Assembly (NCBI GenBank): GCA_964354025.1
Contig: CAYGXQ010000004.1
Span: 10,239 to 74,238, forward strand
DNA length: 64,000 bases
Reading direction: 5' to 3'
Source of the DNA: an uncultured Gammaproteobacteria bacterium
Lineage (GTDB): Bacteria; Patescibacteriota; Microgenomatia; 2-02-FULL-39-11
Positions within the stretch are counted from its first letter, which is position 1, and each line of letters begins with the position of its first letter. This document shows positions 1 through 8,848 of the stretch, piece by piece. The notes beneath the pieces were generated by a model. It saw only the letters and a list, made by a program, of their open reading frames with translations. It made no database searches and was not told where the DNA came from. Both the position numbers and the translations under genes were made by a program.

Positions 1-115
1 ACTTCAAATCTTGATTTTACTGATCTATATCTTCTTCGTTTGAAAAAGAATTTGGATTGGAAAATAGCCTCTTTTGATAAGAAAGTAGCAAACAGATAAT
101 ATTTATACTTCTATA

Positions 116-1090
116 ATGCTTTTTATTAAACAAATAGGATTTAATGATTCCATTGATTGGAATGCTTTGATTGAAAAAAGTGAAACCGCCACCTTTTTCC
201 AGACGAGAGAATCGCTCAAGCTTTGGCTGAAGCATTTTCCGGGTGAACCATTGGTTTTGGGAGTATATGATGGTGTTAATCTGATCGGAATTGCCCCTTT
301 TTTGAAAAGAGAAAATTCCCTGCAGTTTTTAGGCGTGGCGGAAGTTTTGGGTGGCAATAAAGTGAGTGATTTTGGGGACATTATTACCCTTAGTGGAAGG
401 GAAAAAGAAGTTTGGGAAGCAATCATTAATCAAATTCAATCCGCCAGCTGGCGGACAAAATCCAAAATTCAAAATAATAGGATAGAGCTTAATTTTATCC
501 GGGAGGATTCGCCGAGTTTGGGGATTTTGAGGGAATTAGGAGGAAAGGTTGAAGAGGTGGATGTGGCGCCGTATCTTGATCTGCCGGCCACCTGGGAGGA
601 ATATCTGGGGAAGCTTGATCGGCACAACCGGCATGAACTGCGAAGAAAAATCCGCAAAGCGGAAGAAGCGGGAATCGAAAAAGTCAGCAATGACAAAGGA
701 GAGAGAATGGAAGAGTTCCTAAGGCTGATGGAGATCTCGCATGAGGGGAAAAAGAATTTCTTAAGTCAGAAGATGAAGAATTTTTTTAGGGAGATAGGGA
801 AAATAGGGGAGATTGGGGAAATTGGAGGAATACGAATGAGATATCTGGAGTTTGAAGACAAAATTATCGCCGGAGTGATGCTTTTTGAGTTTAAGGATCA
901 GTATTTGTTGTATAATTCCGGATACGACCCTGAATTTTCATATCTGTCTGCGGGTCTGGTAATGAAAGCCTACATGATTAAGGAAGCAATCGAAAAAGGG
1001 AAAAAAGTCTTTGATTTTTTAAGGGGAGATGAGAAGTATAAGTATGATTTCGGAGGGAAAGAGAGGAAACTGTATAGAGTTATATTGTAA
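116..1090 (+). CDS. GNAT-fold acyltransferase (FemAB/CelD/BioF2-like)
   Basis: 324-aa ORF. The C-terminal half (…LYNSGYDPEFSYLSAGLVMKAYMIKEAIEKGKKVFDFLRGDEKYKYDFG) fits the FemAB-like GNAT fold. It carries an in-frame EIGKIGEIGEIGGI simple-repeat insertion and an in-frame CCGCCAGCTGGCGG palindrome at 441-454. Confidence 0.45.
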   Translation: MLFIKQIGFNDSIDWNALIEKSETATFFQTRESLKLWLKHFPGEPLVLGVYDGVNLIGIAPFLKRENSLQFLGVAEVLGGNKVSDFGDIITLSGREKEVWEAIINQIQSASWRTKSKIQNNRIELNFIREDSPSLGILRELGGKVEEVDVAPYLDLPATWEEYLGKLDRHNRHELRRKIRKAEEAGIEKVSNDKGERMEEFLRLMEISHEGKKNFLSQKMKNFFREIGKIGEIGEIGGIRMRYLEFEDKIIAGVMLFEFKDQYLLYNSGYDPEFSYLSAGLVMKAYMIKEAIEKGKKVFDFLRGDEKYKYDFGGKERKLYRVIL

Positions 1091-1152
1091 TAGCAGATTA
1101 TAATCTGCGTAAGCGCGAACTAAAGTTCGCTATTCCAAAAGGAAGAAATTCT

Positions 1153-1899
1153 ATGACAAAACGATTACTTGCTGTTTTTGCCCATCCGGATGATGAGTCT
1201 TTCGGGCCCGGCGGGACGCTGGCGAAGTATGCCGGTGAGGGAGCGGAGATACACCTGCTATGCGCCACAAAAGGAGAAGCGAGGGGAAAATTACAAATTA
1301 CAAATGATAAATTACAAATTAAAAAGGATTTAAAGATTAGTCATATAAGAGAAGGAGAATTATTAGAGGCGGCCAAGGTGTTGGGGATTGCTAAAGTGGA
1401 GTTTTTGGATTTTATTGACGGGCAGCTTTGTAATGCTATCTATCACCAACTGGCGGAAAAGATTATCAAAAAAATAAATGAGTTCAAGCCCCAAGTAGTC
1501 CTTACGAGCGAGAGACGCGGTATCTCCGGACATCTAGACCACATCGCCGTTTCCATGACCACGACTTATGCCTTTTTGAAAACAAAAGTCTCACGAAAAC
1601 TGTATTACAATTGTTTATTGAAAGGGACGCGGGACAGAATGAGGGATGATTATTTTGTCTATTTCCCCGAAGGCTATCCGGAAAGTGAAATCACCACCAA
1701 AATCGATTATACCCCATATTGGAAACTGAAGAAACAGGCGATGCTATCCCACCAGTCACAGATTAAAGACGTAAGAGCCTTACTTGCGCGCTTCACCAAG
1801 TTTCCAAAAGTAGACTATTTTGTCCTGCAATACCATCGGGGAGTGAAGGTGAGTTTGCCGGAGAAGGATATATTTGCCGGGATAAATTCTCCTGATTGA
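1153..1899 (+). CDS. PIG-L/LmbE family N-acetylglucosaminyl deacetylase
   Basis: N-terminal AVFAHPDDESFGPGGTLAKY, the zinc-binding HPDDE motif of the PIG-L family, then HLDH further downstream. It carries an in-frame KLQITNDKLQIKKDLK insertion encoded by an aattacaaatt tandem repeat. Confidence 0.7.
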   Translation: MTKRLLAVFAHPDDESFGPGGTLAKYAGEGAEIHLLCATKGEARGKLQITNDKLQIKKDLKISHIREGELLEAAKVLGIAKVEFLDFIDGQLCNAIYHQLAEKIIKKINEFKPQVVLTSERRGISGHLDHIAVSMTTTYAFLKTKVSRKLYYNCLLKGTRDRMRDDYFVYFPEGYPESEITTKIDYTPYWKLKKQAMLSHQSQIKDVRALLARFTKFPKVDYFVLQYHRGVKVSLPEKDIFAGINSPD

Positions 1900-1951
1900 C
1901 TTTGAAATTTTTGGGATGTTATGCTGGAGAAAGAAAGCGGGGTGATGAGAG

Positions 1952-2296
1952 ATGGCGGAAAAAAATGCAAGCAATGAGAAAATGATGGCGGCCTTGGCTT
2001 ACTTTTTGGGTCCCGTAACCGGGATCATCTTTCTCCTGATGGAGAAAAAGAATGCCTATATTAGGTTCCACGCGATGCAGTCAACAATTGTTTTCGGAGC
2101 AATCCTGCTTTTAAATATCATACTGGGAATTATCCCGGTTTTGGGTTGGATTGTGGCTTTGATTCTTTCACCGTTGATAACTTTAGTCAGCTTTGTCCTT
2201 TGGATCATCCTTATGTGGAAGGCTTATAACGGCGAAAAATACAAGCTGCCTTATTTTGGCGAATTGGCCGAGAAACAACTGGCTAAACTTAAATAA
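1952..2296 (+). CDS. small integral membrane protein (DUF4870-like)
   Basis: 114 aa with 3 predicted TM segments and a layout typical of the DUF4870 family. Confidence 0.4.
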   Translation: MAEKNASNEKMMAALAYFLGPVTGIIFLLMEKKNAYIRFHAMQSTIVFGAILLLNIILGIIPVLGWIVALILSPLITLVSFVLWIILMWKAYNGEKYKLPYFGELAEKQLAKLK

Positions 2297-2367
2297 TTAA
2301 ATATTTATGGACAGATAATGACCATCCTGCCTGTTTTTGGTGGGATGGTTTTTATCCGCAATCTTAT

Positions 2368-2976
2368 ATGCTGACAAAACTGATAGTCGGACTTGGTAAT
2401 CCGGATGAAAAATACCAATATACCCGCCATAACATCGGATTTATGGTGGTGGAAAAGCTTTCCCGGGCGCTTTTACCTTTGGATAAATCGGAAAAAGCCT
2501 GGGTGGGAGAAAAAAAGTTTACCGCCCAACTTTGCCGGATATCAGAGGATCTTCTTTTGGCTAAACCGCATACTTATATGAACCGGTCGGGTATAGCCGT
2601 TTTGGCTTTGATGAATTTCTATAAGGTATCCATCGATAATTTATGGGTCATTCATGACGATATCGACCTGCCGTTGGGAATGATACGGATCAGAAAGGGA
2701 GGCAGCAGCGCCGGACACAACGGAGTGGAATCGATTATTGACAGTTTGCACAGTCCCCAGTTTGTAAGGTTTCGGTTTGGCATCGGCAAGGGAAAACTGA
2801 ATATCCAGCATACGGGTGATTTCAACCTGCACCGCAGAGAAATAGAAAAATACGTTCTTTCTCCTTTTCGGGAGAATGAAGGAGGGGAAGCGAAGAAATT
2901 GATCAAAAACGGCGTTGAAGCGACAAAGATCGCCTTGGAAAAAGGCCTCGAAGCAGCCATGAACAGATTCAATTGA
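2368..2976 (+). CDS. pth: peptidyl-tRNA hydrolase
   Basis: VGLGNPDEKYQYTRHNIGF and GHNGVES match the Pth active-site signatures. Confidence 0.85.
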   Translation: MLTKLIVGLGNPDEKYQYTRHNIGFMVVEKLSRALLPLDKSEKAWVGEKKFTAQLCRISEDLLLAKPHTYMNRSGIAVLALMNFYKVSIDNLWVIHDDIDLPLGMIRIRKGGSSAGHNGVESIIDSLHSPQFVRFRFGIGKGKLNIQHTGDFNLHRREIEKYVLSPFRENEGGEAKKLIKNGVEATKIALEKGLEAAMNRFN

Positions 2977-3007
2977 CAATTTGTACATATTGTACTAATA
3001 TAGGAAT

Positions 3008-3295
3008 ATGACTATTACAGTATCGATCAGCGATTTCAGGCAAAATATCAGTGATTACATCAGCCAGGTTCAGGCAGGTAACACTGTGGTACTGAAAGAC
3101 GAGAAAAAAGGGATAGAGGTAGCCGAGATGAAAGGTAAAAAACAATTTGATCCTGTGGCTTTTGATAGAGCCTTGAGGCGAGCGGCAGGGGTTTTTACCG
3201 CCAAAAACCATCCTGAATGGAGGACTAAACGTGATATTGTCAGATGGTTGGAAAAAAGCAGGAAAGCTGATGACAGAAATTTCAATATAAAATAG
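3008..3295 (+). CDS. Phd/YefM-type antitoxin
   Basis: 95 aa with a YefM-like N-terminus (MTITVSISDFRQNISDYISQVQAGNTVVL). It sits immediately upstream of a PIN gene, 4 bp apart. Confidence 0.55.
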   Translation: MTITVSISDFRQNISDYISQVQAGNTVVLKDEKKGIEVAEMKGKKQFDPVAFDRALRRAAGVFTAKNHPEWRTKRDIVRWLEKSRKADDRNFNIK

Positions 3296-3299
3296 GATT

Positions 3300-3674
3300 A
3301 TGTATATCATTGACACTGATGTATTGATCTGGGGATTAAGAGGTGAGGAAAAAGCGATTAAAAAGCTCTCCAAACTGAAAGAAGATACTTATCTTTCTAT
3401 CTCCGCGATCTCTATCGGAGAAATCTACAAAAATGCTTATCCATCAGAATTTGTGGAAACGGAGGAATTCATAAACCAATTTACGGTTTACGATATAAAT
3501 AGAAAAATTGCAAAGCAAGCCGGTCTTTATTGGCAGCAGTTTTCTAAAAAATTAGCAAAATTAAGTCTTGGAGATTGTATTGTTGCCGTTACAGCCAAGG
3601 AATACAATCTTACTCTGGTAACAATAAACACCCGCCATTTTCCGATGAGGGATATAAAAGTGATAAGCCCATGA
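3300..3674 (+). CDS. vapC: PIN-domain toxin VapC
   Basis: 124 aa. MYIIDTDVLI… has an N-terminal acidic residue and the usual PIN layout, paired with the upstream antitoxin. Confidence 0.7.
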   Translation: MYIIDTDVLIWGLRGEEKAIKKLSKLKEDTYLSISAISIGEIYKNAYPSEFVETEEFINQFTVYDINRKIAKQAGLYWQQFSKKLAKLSLGDCIVAVTAKEYNLTLVTINTRHFPMRDIKVISP

Positions 3675-3726
3675 AACGCAAATAATGCTTGATTATTTCG
3701 AATAGTTATGTGATTATATGTAATAT

Positions 3727-4281
3727 ATGATAGGAGAAATTCCACCAGGACAAGGAGCTCCACCCCCCCCATCCAAACCTATTGCAGGAGATTTACCCGC
3801 GAAAGATAAACCTCTGACGTTAGATGGACTTCGAAGAATATTTTTAGAAAAATGGGGATTAGATGATTTCAAACAAATTACCGCTGCCGTACCCGAAAGA
3901 GTGCCTTTGGATGCGCCACAAATGCTTGTATTAGGAAGAATGGTTCCAATGATGGTAATCCCGCGGACAAGATTAGATCAAAGAGAACTTGTCGGTGAAG
4001 ATAAATACTATTATTTTTACGCTCCAATAGGCCCTCAAGGAATGAAAACAACGGCTCTTAAACCTTTGAAACCAAACCATGAATATACTGTAGGAAAAGA
4101 AGGCGAGATTAAACCTGCAACTTATGATGTAAGATTACGATATGTTTCCAGTCAACATTGTACTCTAAAAGTGGAAGATCCTGCAGAAGGCGATGGTGGC
4201 CCGGTATTAGTAGTGACTGATACTTCATCGCTTAACGGTACTTACATGAAAAGATGGGAGACTGCCTCTTCTAAAACCTAA
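3727..4281 (+). CDS. FHA-domain protein with Pro-rich N-terminus
   Basis: The C-terminal R…VSSQHCTLKV…VVTDTSSLNGTYM matches the FHA GR…S..H…D.gS.NGT signature. The N-terminus is proline-rich (GQGAPPPPSKP). Confidence 0.5.
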   Translation: MIGEIPPGQGAPPPPSKPIAGDLPAKDKPLTLDGLRRIFLEKWGLDDFKQITAAVPERVPLDAPQMLVLGRMVPMMVIPRTRLDQRELVGEDKYYYFYAPIGPQGMKTTALKPLKPNHEYTVGKEGEIKPATYDVRLRYVSSQHCTLKVEDPAEGDGGPVLVVTDTSSLNGTYMKRWETASSKT

Positions 4282-4289
4282 AAATAAAC

Positions 4290-4952
4290 TCATTTTCCAA
4301 GAAGATACTGTTTTTCCAAGTGAGGGATAAAGGGGAGGAGTTTATTTTTTGCTAAAAGTTTTAAAACATTGGTCAAAACCACAAAAGAGATAGAAATCCC
4401 AGCCGCCATCAGAGTCCTTTCCATGGCGGTTTGGGGGATAAGAGAAAGCCACATGGTTTTACTGAGCCCAAAAGCCCAAACCCACAAAGCCCCGCCGACG
4501 GCGTGAGCAGTGAAGGTAGCTCCCAGGCTTCTGATAAATAAGTTCTTCCTCCAAAAATGAGCGGCAATCGGGATCAGCCAGAAAAGGGAATACTGCCAGG
4601 CCGACCGGCCGATGGGATGAAGATTAAAAGCGATAATAGCTAAAAGAGGGATGAAAAGGTCAGTTGATCTTTTCTTTGAGAAATAGAAAACACCAAAAAG
4701 AACGGGAAAAAGTCTGATCAGGCTGGCAAAACCAACATTGTTGAAGCCATGAAGGGCAATATTAATCAATTGCATCAGCAACACGGAAATAATCCCGGGG
4801 ATGGTTCCCAAAAAAGCCCCTGCAGTTGGTGCCAGGAAGTCAAAAAGGGTGAATTTGGTGCCTGAACCTAAGACGGTGGTAAAGGGGATTTGGAGGGCGA
4901 TTAAGCCAAGGATGGTAAAGAAGAAAGCAAAAGAAAGTTGATTTTTTTTCAT
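4290..4952 (-). CDS. polytopic membrane protein (ECF-transporter S-component-like)
   Basis: 220 aa, ~6 TM segments, small size and the FDFLAPTAGAFLG motif are reminiscent of ECF substrate-capture proteins. The assignment is tentative. Confidence 0.3.
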   Translation of the reverse strand: MKKNQLSFAFFFTILGLIALQIPFTTVLGSGTKFTLFDFLAPTAGAFLGTIPGIISVLLMQLINIALHGFNNVGFASLIRLFPVLFGVFYFSKKRSTDLFIPLLAIIAFNLHPIGRSAWQYSLFWLIPIAAHFWRKNLFIRSLGATFTAHAVGGALWVWAFGLSKTMWLSLIPQTAMERTLMAAGISISFVVLTNVLKLLAKNKLLPFIPHLEKQYLLGK

Positions 4953-5050
4953 GTTTCGAGACTTCGGCTGAGCTCAGTCGAAGCCCTCCGCTCACTATTT
5001 ATAATTTCACCATTCTAACAAATTTATAATCATAGTACAATTGATAGATA

Positions 5051-6028
5051 ATGAACAAAAGACAGGGGGAATTGCCAAGACTTTTCAAGGAACATCTCCA
5101 AAAGATCACCTTGGATAAATACAACAGCGTTCTCCATAGTTTCTCCGTAAGAAGACCGACAACCATCAGGGCCAATGCGCTGAGGATTTCGGGGCCAGAG
5201 CTTCTGCGGGATTTACGGGATCTTGGAGTGAAGCTGGATACGGTGAATTGGTGTCGGGAAGCTTTTATTGTAAAGAATAAGTCTCTTAAGGATCTTACCC
5301 GCCTTCGGGCCTCCTTCGCCGAAGTAGCTACGGAGGCCGAGCAAGGCTTCGGCGGGCAAAGGGGAATAAATTTTTATGAGGAAGGATATTTTTATGTCCA
5401 GAGTTTATCCAGTATGATTCCGGCAGTGGTACTTGACCCGAAACCGGGGGAAAAAATTCTTGATCTTTGTGCCGCGCCGGGGAGCAAGACAACCCAGATG
5501 GCGGCCATGATGGAAAATGCGGGAGAAATTGTCGCCAATGAACCCAATCCTATAAGAGCACAGAAATTAAATGCTAATCTGTTGAAACAGGGAGTGACAA
5601 ATACAACAATAATATGCGTAAAGGGTGAAGCGTTAAGCGTAAAACATGACAATTACTTTGATAAAGTACTGGTTGACGTTCCCTGTAGCGGTGAAGGCAG
5701 GATCCATACTTATGATCCGGAAACTTTCCGAGGCTGGTCTTTGGGAAAAATAGAAAGATGTGCCATTATTCAGAAGGAACTGTTGGTTGCCGCGGTTTTG
5801 GCTGTCAAAAAAGGAGGAATTATCGTCTATTCCACCTGTACGTTGGAACCGGAGGAAAATGAGAGAGTGGTGGAGAAGGTATTGCAGAAAGCGGGAGGAT
5901 ATCTCACTTTGGAAGAAATAAAGATTGGGGGACTTGGGGGAGTTGAAGGATATAAGGGTATGTTAAAAGTATGGCCGGACAAGATAATGGAAGGTTTCTT
6001 TGTGGCGAAGATGAGAAAAAATAGGTAA
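5051..6028 (+). CDS. RsmB/NOP2-family RNA cytosine-C5 methyltransferase
   Basis: LDLCAAPGSKTT (SAM motif I) and VLVDVPCSGEG (the PC catalytic motif of m5C methyltransferases). Confidence 0.75.
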   Translation: MNKRQGELPRLFKEHLQKITLDKYNSVLHSFSVRRPTTIRANALRISGPELLRDLRDLGVKLDTVNWCREAFIVKNKSLKDLTRLRASFAEVATEAEQGFGGQRGINFYEEGYFYVQSLSSMIPAVVLDPKPGEKILDLCAAPGSKTTQMAAMMENAGEIVANEPNPIRAQKLNANLLKQGVTNTTIICVKGEALSVKHDNYFDKVLVDVPCSGEGRIHTYDPETFRGWSLGKIERCAIIQKELLVAAVLAVKKGGIIVYSTCTLEPEENERVVEKVLQKAGGYLTLEEIKIGGLGGVEGYKGMLKVWPDKIMEGFFVAKMRKNR

Positions 6029-6081
6029 AAACAAATGAGTTGTTGTGGCGGTTTTTTTCTGTTATCCTTAAGATAAGTTTT

Positions 6082-7071
6082 ATGGAAAAGACGATTATCT
6101 ATGACCTGATCATTATCGGCGCGGGGCCGGCAGGGTTAACCGCTTCTATCTACGCTTCCTGTTTCCATCTCAAACATCTGGTTATCGGCTCGGTTTTAGG
6201 CGGACAGATGATAAACGCGCCTGATATCCTCAATTACCCGGGCTTTCCCGAAATCTCCGGAAAAGAATTGGCAGGCAAGATGGCGGAGCAGGTGAGCGCT
6301 CGCGGGGGAGAGATAGTTGTTAGTACTGTTATAAAGATCACAGCGGATCCTGCTACCTCAGTGAATCAAAAAAATATTTTCGAAATCGAGACGCAGGATG
6401 GAAAAAAATACCAGGCAAGATCAATAATTTTAGCAACCGGTACGGAGAGAAAGAAATTAAATGTGCCGGGAGAGGCGCAATATACAGGAAAAGGAGTATA
6501 TTACTGCGCTACTTGTGAAAAGCAGGATTACGAAGGGAAAATTTGCGCGGTGGTGGGTGGTGGAAACAGCGCCGTGCAGGCGGCGGTCGAACTGGCCCAA
6601 GCAGCAGAAAAAGTCTACATTATTTACCGGGGAACAGAGCTTCGGGGAGAACCGGTCTGGCTGGAGCAGATAAAAAATAATCCCAAGATTGAGGTGGTTA
6701 CCAACACAATCATTAATGAAATTGTGGGAGATGGGGAGAAGGTGACGGAGATAAAAATTACACCAACATCAATGGGTCCCGTATTATCCATTGATAAAAT
6801 ATTTATTGAAATCGGGGGGGTACCGGGGACAGCGCTCATCATTCCTCTTGGAGTAGAGGTCAACGGCGGAGGATATATCAAGGTAAATGAGAGGCTGGAA
6901 ACAAATATCCCGGGTGTTTTTGCCGCCGGTGATCTGGTGAAAAGCGGATTATCCATAGAACAAATTGCCACCGCCATCGGTTTGGGAGCCCGCGCCGCCG
7001 CCTCGGCCTTCGCCTTCCTCAAAGAAGATAAAATCCCCTCACTTTGGGGTCAGAGTCAGATAAAAAGGTAA
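6082..7071 (+). CDS. trxB: thioredoxin-disulfide reductase
   Basis: Starts at MEKTIIYDLIIIGAGPAGLTAS (FAD GxGxxG). Redox-active CATC, then AVVGGGNSAVQAA (NADPH site) and a C-terminal GDL…AAG. Confidence 0.8.
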   Translation: MEKTIIYDLIIIGAGPAGLTASIYASCFHLKHLVIGSVLGGQMINAPDILNYPGFPEISGKELAGKMAEQVSARGGEIVVSTVIKITADPATSVNQKNIFEIETQDGKKYQARSIILATGTERKKLNVPGEAQYTGKGVYYCATCEKQDYEGKICAVVGGGNSAVQAAVELAQAAEKVYIIYRGTELRGEPVWLEQIKNNPKIEVVTNTIINEIVGDGEKVTEIKITPTSMGPVLSIDKIFIEIGGVPGTALIIPLGVEVNGGGYIKVNERLETNIPGVFAAGDLVKSGLSIEQIATAIGLGARAAASAFAFLKEDKIPSLWGQSQIKR

Positions 7072-7075
7072 GAAA

Positions 7076-7504
7076 TTAAGGAAGACAGAGGAAATGATTC
7101 CCTGAAAATCTTTTGAAATCCTTATCAAAGCTGAAAAGAAAAGCAATCCGGTGTTTTTTAGTCAGGATGATATTGGTCGCATCGGTTAGGGAAAGAGTGT
7201 TTGGAGTAGGGTATTGTTTCAATAAATTCATCGCCTGCCAGGTATCATTTTTTGACACAGGCAGGATAACAACAATCTTTTTCCTCTCAAGATTCTTTAG
7301 TTTCCGGAAAAACTTATCAGCTTCTTTTTGACTGAGTGCGCGCCTGATTTTGGTGATTGTTTCATCGAAAACAAAAAGAGAGGTATAGATTTTAGTCTCC
7401 GTAGCAAACGACTGGAAGATTTTCACAGCCCTTGAATAATTGGAATCGGTGGGGATGAGATAACTAAGCCAGGCAGAACTGTCAATGAAAACAGAGTCAA
7501 TCAT
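7076..7504 (-). CDS. vapC: PIN-domain toxin VapC
   Basis: Likely starts at MIDSVFIDSSAW… with a PIN acidic-residue pattern. The 8-nt stop/start overlap with the upstream antitoxin is typical of TA operons. Confidence 0.6.
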   Translation of the reverse strand: MIDSVFIDSSAWLSYLIPTDSNYSRAVKIFQSFATETKIYTSLFVFDETITKIRRALSQKEADKFFRKLKNLERKKIVVILPVSKNDTWQAMNLLKQYPTPNTLSLTDATNIILTKKHRIAFLFSFDKDFKRFSGNHFLCLP

Positions 7505-7805
7505 TTTTATCCTCATAGATCTCATCAACAGTGACAGAAGTCTGAGTGGGTCCGGCTTCGAGTATCCCAGCCATGGCCAGTAGGGGATTTTTGACGCTTC
7601 TGACTTTCCTCATTTTTGCTTCTTTGATCATTCTTGCTACCTGAGGTTTGGCGGCAAATTCTTCACTGGCGAGACGGAGGGCCTGCGCCAAAGGCATGCC
7701 GTGTGTTTTGGCGTAAATCCGCAAGTCTTCCAGTAAATTTTCAGGATAATAAATCTGCAGGCGTTTCATAACTCCGAGAATAACATATAGATGTATATCT
7801 GTCAA
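7497..7805 (-). CDS. ribbon-helix-helix antitoxin (VapB-like)
   Basis: The N-terminal MKRLQIYYPENLLEDLRIYAKTHG fits an RHH DNA-binding fold. It is cognate to the downstream PIN gene; the true start may be the internal Met. Confidence 0.5.
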   Translation of the reverse strand: MTDIHLYVILGVMKRLQIYYPENLLEDLRIYAKTHGMPLAQALRLASEEFAAKPQVARMIKEAKMRKVRSVKNPLLAMAGILEAGPTQTSVTVDEIYEDKND

Positions 7806-7949
7806 GTAATAGATGTATATTAAACCAGTTTTGGCTGATTGGGGGTTTTAGAATGGGGGATTTTGAGGTGCTGGTAGGCTTTTTCGGTGGCTAAGTTAAG
7901 GTCTTGACAAAGATAATTTTGTATTGTACTGTAATATACAGGATCAGGT

Positions 7950-8267
7950 ATGAATGAAGAATTAGTTATTCCCGAAGTAATTTCTTTTGAGTGGGATACG
8001 GGCAATCTGTTAAAAAGCAAGATCAAACATAAAGTTGATTCATTGGAATGTGAGCAGATTTTCCATAATGATCCTGTTTATTTTTTTGATGAGAAACATT
8101 CGCAAAAAGAGAAACGATATGCTGTTTACGGAGAAGCAGATCAGGGTAGGAAGTTATTTATTATTTTTACAATAAGAGATGACAAGATCAGGGTGATTTC
8201 CGCCCGCGATCAGAGTAAAAAAGAAAGGAGGGTATATGAAAAAAATAAAACCAATGCCCAGATTTAA
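7950..8267 (+). CDS. brnT: BrnT-family ribonuclease toxin (DUF497)
   Basis: 105 aa. The C-terminal IRVISARDQSKKERRVYEK matches the BrnT signature, paired with the overlapping downstream RHH gene. Confidence 0.7.
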   Translation: MNEELVIPEVISFEWDTGNLLKSKIKHKVDSLECEQIFHNDPVYFFDEKHSQKEKRYAVYGEADQGRKLFIIFTIRDDKIRVISARDQSKKERRVYEKNKTNAQI

Positions 8268-8520
8268 AAAAGAAGATGAAGAAAGGGATTTTTGGGCGAC
8301 CCATGACAGTACGGAATATTTTGATACGGCCAAGCCCATAAAGCTGAGTTTTCCCAATCTTCGGCCGTCTAACAAAGCCATCACTTTGAGGCTGCCGTTA
8401 TCCCTTCTTCATGCTTTGAAGAATCTGGCCAATAAAAAAGACGTACCATATCAGTCATTGATGAAAGTTTTTCTGGCGGAAAAGGTAAGGGATGAGATAA
8501 ATTACCGGAGGTGCAAATAG
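8236..8520 (+). CDS. brnA: BrnA antitoxin (CopG/RHH-like)
   Basis: 94 aa. …ITLRLPLSLLHALKNLANKKDVPYQSLMKVFLAEKV fits the BrnA family. It overlaps the end of brnT. Confidence 0.7.
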   Translation: MKKIKPMPRFKKEDEERDFWATHDSTEYFDTAKPIKLSFPNLRPSNKAITLRLPLSLLHALKNLANKKDVPYQSLMKVFLAEKVRDEINYRRCK

Positions 8521-8565
8521 GGTTTCACCTTAGAGGTGTACTTCTCAAAAATCCGTAAGTGTATT

Positions 8566-8799
8566 TTAAGTACAGAATCCCTCTGAAGGAGCAAAAACAT
8601 TTCCTCCGCAAGATCCACAAGTATAAAGAACCCTACCGGTTTTAGGTATCTGTTCCCATTGTTCCGGATCACAAACTAAAGTACCGGTACCTCCGGGACA
8701 ATTACCATGTGGTCCTAATGTAATTTCAATTCTATAAAAACACTTGTGAAACTCAAAATATCCTTCAGTCGATTGCCTTTGTCCCTTTATCTCTTTCAT
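8566..8799 (-). CDS. small Cys-rich protein of unknown function
   Basis: 77 aa with 6 Cys in CPGGTG…C and CGSCGGN motifs (zinc-ribbon-like). It sits downstream of the 349-aa gene on the same strand. Confidence 0.3.
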   Translation of the reverse strand: MKEIKGQRQSTEGYFEFHKCFYRIEITLGPHGNCPGGTGTLVCDPEQWEQIPKTGRVLYTCGSCGGNVFAPSEGFCT

Positions 8800-8848
8800 A
8801 ATAGTCTTGTTTAGTTTATGTTTCCCTCAGGAGATAAAAGATAATAAA

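Noticed and set aside
2998-3740. VapBC pair after pth as a fourth 3'-end-duplication islet
   Set aside because: The sequence after vapC (…CCATGAAACGCAAATAATGCTTGA) resembles the pth 3' end (GCCATGAACAGATTCAATTGA) only weakly, too diverged to call.
4953-5050. Palindrome GACTTCGGCTGAGCTCAGTCGAAGCC in the divergent intergenic region
   Set aside because: It could be an operator or a bidirectional terminator. It is a single occurrence with no supporting context, so it is not reported as a feature.
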